The notes under the pieces: generated by a model
The model's input: only the letters and a program-made list of their open reading frames with translations
The model's database searches: none
Told to the model about the DNA's origin: nothing
Program-made: the position numbers and the translations under genes
Origin: Coleofasciculus sp. B1-GNL1-01
GTDB lineage: Bacteria; Cyanobacteriota; Cyanobacteriia; Cyanobacteriales; Coleofasciculaceae
Assembly (NCBI GenBank): GCA_040220235.1
Contig: JAVJTO010000102.1
Direction: 5' to 3' (one strand)
DNA: 64,000 nucleotides
Shown here: piece after piece, positions 61,479 through 64,000 of the stretch
Numbering within the stretch: the stretch's first letter is position 1
How the letters are laid out: each line of letters opens with the position of its first letter

Positions 61479-63719
61479 ATGAATTCTCCCAAACCTCCCC
61501 AACCGCCGAAAACTATTCTGGGTCAGTTGACTCAGGCTGTTCAGACGATTCAAGCCAGAGTTAACTTTGAAGCGCTGGCGCTGAAGCCAAATGCCAAAGT
61601 TCCAGAACTGTGGGTGCAAGATGCGGGTGCGGATAAGGCGGAAGTATACCCCCTCTTAGGCGATCGCTATTTGCTGGGACGTAGTTCTAAATCCTGCGAT
61701 ATTGTGGTGCGAAACCCAGTGGTGAGTCAGGTTCATTTGTCCTTGGAACGCTATGGGCGATCAGGTAGAACCTTTATTATTAAAGATGAAAATTCCACCA
61801 ATGGTATTTATCGAGGTAAACGCCGCCTGCCATCCTTAGCCTTGCGTCATGGCGATATTCTCACCATCGGTCCACCCGAATTAGCCGCCTCAGTTAAGCT
61901 GCAATATGTTGATCCGCCGCCTTGGTATATTCTCGGTATTCGTTACAGCCTCTATGGGGTGGGTGGATTAACCGCGTTAATTGCTTTAATTATTGGCATT
62001 GAATGGCTGAAAGTCCCAGTACGACCCCTACCCGTTGGAGTTCAAGGACCCGTTGTCGTCTATTCTCGTGACCAAGTGCCTTTGCGTCAACCGCGTACTG
62101 AGGTTCACCGAGAACTGAAACGGTTATCGGATTTTTCCCCCTATCTCCCAAAAGCCTTAGTTGCTTCGGAAGATAGTCGCTATTATTGGCATTTTGGTGT
62201 CGATCCCTATGGAATTTTGCGGGCATTAGTCCGGAATATTCGGGGGGGTGGAATTAAAGAAGGGGCAAGTACAATTAGTCAACAGGTGGCTCGTAGTTTA
62301 TTTACCGAATATGTCGGGCGAGATAATAGTGCCGCCCGTAAACTGCGGGAAGCAATTGTAGCCATGAAACTGGAGACATTTTATAGTAAAGATGAGATTT
62401 TAAAGACCTATTTAAATCGCATCTATCTAGGGGTAGAAGCTTATGGGTTTGAAGATGCTGCCCAATTTTATTTTGATAAATCGGCACAAGATTTAACCCT
62501 TTCCGAAGCCGCGACTCTGGTGGCAATTTTGCCAGCACCCAATAGTTACAATCCAGTGCAGGATTATGATACGGCGTTGGCGTTGCGAAATCGGGTAATT
62601 AACCGGATGCGGGCAATGGGGATGATTAGTGATGAGGAAGCCAAACGAGCCAGGCGATCGCGCATTGAGGTGAGCCCGAAAGCCCGTGAATTCCTGAATA
62701 GCACCAAAGCTCCCTATTTCTATAATTACGTGTTTGAGGAACTGCGGGATCTGCTGGGTACGGAGTTGGCGCAAGAAGGGAACTTTATTGTCGAAACCAG
62801 TCTCGATTTGCAGACTCAGGCGAAGGCGCAATCAGAACTACGTAATTTTGTCAATACCACGGGCAGCCAATTACGCTTTTCTCAAGGGGCGATAGTCACC
62901 CTAAATACCACAGATAGCTCAATCCGAGCGATGGTGGGGGGTGTGGATTACCAAGAAAGTCAGTTTAATCGGGCAACCCAAGCCCAACGACAACCCGGTT
63001 CAACCTTTAAACTGTTTGAATACGCCGCCGCCTTAGACCAAAGAATTCCACCAGGAAAAACCTACTCCTGCGCCCCAGCTTATGGCTTGCGCGGGTGTGA
63101 ACGTTCCGGGGGTTCGGTAAATATGTACACAGGTTTGGCACTATCGGAAAACGTGATTGCGGTGCGGGTAGCCATGGATGTGGGATTAGGGAATGTGATC
63201 GAAACGGCGCGACGATTAGGGATTCGCTCGAAGCTTGATCCGGTTCCCCGCTTGGCAATTGGACAAAGTGAAGTGAATGTGTTAGAGATTACCGGGTCTT
63301 ACAGCGCGATCGCGAATAATGGAGTGTGGAATCGTCCCCATGGGATTGAACGGATTCTCGATAGCGGGGATTGTGTCGATGAGAATGATCCGAAAACCTG
63401 TCGGGTGATCTATGAGTTTGAGGAAAATGGGGAAGGGGGGGTTCAAGCGGTAGCCCCTGCGGTTGCCCAGACGATGACCACAATGTTACGGGGGGTTGTG
63501 AGCAATGGCACAGGCGGTTCCGCCGCGATCGGATTTGGAGAAGCGGGGAAAACCGGAACCACTGACCGCAATGTTGATTTGTGGTTTATTGGTTTTATAC
63601 CCAGTCAGGAGTTAGTCACCGGGATTTGGTTAGGTAATGACGATAACTCACCCACGCGGGGAAGCAGCGCCCAAGCTGCACAATTGTGGGGGAGTTATAT
63701 GCGGGATGTGGTGCAGTAA
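61479..63719 (+). CDS. FHA-domain class A penicillin-binding protein (transglycosylase/transpeptidase)
   Basis: FHA (LLGRS, VSQVH, STNG), TM, GT51 (SEDSRY, GASTISQQ, RKLRE, YLN) and transpeptidase (STFK, SEN, KTGT). Confidence 0.92.
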   Translation: MNSPKPPQPPKTILGQLTQAVQTIQARVNFEALALKPNAKVPELWVQDAGADKAEVYPLLGDRYLLGRSSKSCDIVVRNPVVSQVHLSLERYGRSGRTFIIKDENSTNGIYRGKRRLPSLALRHGDILTIGPPELAASVKLQYVDPPPWYILGIRYSLYGVGGLTALIALIIGIEWLKVPVRPLPVGVQGPVVVYSRDQVPLRQPRTEVHRELKRLSDFSPYLPKALVASEDSRYYWHFGVDPYGILRALVRNIRGGGIKEGASTISQQVARSLFTEYVGRDNSAARKLREAIVAMKLETFYSKDEILKTYLNRIYLGVEAYGFEDAAQFYFDKSAQDLTLSEAATLVAILPAPNSYNPVQDYDTALALRNRVINRMRAMGMISDEEAKRARRSRIEVSPKAREFLNSTKAPYFYNYVFEELRDLLGTELAQEGNFIVETSLDLQTQAKAQSELRNFVNTTGSQLRFSQGAIVTLNTTDSSIRAMVGGVDYQESQFNRATQAQRQPGSTFKLFEYAAALDQRIPPGKTYSCAPAYGLRGCERSGGSVNMYTGLALSENVIAVRVAMDVGLGNVIETARRLGIRSKLDPVPRLAIGQSEVNVLEITGSYSAIANNGVWNRPHGIERILDSGDCVDENDPKTCRVIYEFEENGEGGVQAVAPAVAQTMTTMLRGVVSNGTGGSAAIGFGEAGKTGTTDRNVDLWFIGFIPSQELVTGIWLGNDDNSPTRGSSAQAAQLWGSYMRDVVQ

Positions 63720-64000
63720 TTGTTCGTAGTAGGCACTTTAGTGCCTTAAAAGCCTTGATTTCTAAGCACTATAGCACCAGTTTCACCAATCGCCTTGGGT
63801 TCAAACCCAAGGAACCAAAAGCTCAAGTCAGAAGAGAGCTGACTAAATAGGGGCTGCTGAATAAGTCTTGTGGTGGGGAGAGGCAATAGGGAATAGGCAA
63901 TGGGCAATGGTTTTAACATCTCGACTTCGCTCGATGTTGACCCTCTGTCGAGGTAAAATTTGGTGCTGTTGTCGGCGAAAATTCCAGGATGCAAGACGGT

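Overview
A 64-kb stretch of chromosome from a filamentous cyanobacterium. The evidence is dense HIP1 GCGATCGC octamers, STRR heptamer tracts, a Rubisco activase with an RbcS-like C-terminus, and PEP-CTERM and pentapeptide-repeat genes; an Oscillatoriales/Coleofasciculus-like host is an inference. Housekeeping genes (nadE, eno, rca, Omp85, FHA-PBP1A) are mixed with many signalling genes and several families of small repeats (REP-like palindromes, three MITE-like families, HIP1-inserted SDR elements). The most interesting items are: (1) a tandem pair of ~260-nt highly structured non-coding units at 54.1-55.0 kb, each with its own conserved sigma70-type promoter, divergent from a three-gene wHTH / P-loop ATPase / DUF1802-PD-(D/E)XK nuclease operon that looks like an uncharacterised defence system; (2) a sigma-like factor / DUF1822 / CHAT-CHASE2 / DUF928 operon that looks like a caspase-like-protease trans-membrane signalling cascade; (3) a dispersed tRNA anticodon-modification cluster (TrhP-like U32 pair, TrmN6-like, CmoA); (4) a c-heme sensor PP2C partner-switching module and a Cya2-like guanylate cyclase. 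I saw no CRISPR array, rRNA, tRNA or full-length transposase. All family assignments come from motif recognition by eye; no database searches were run.
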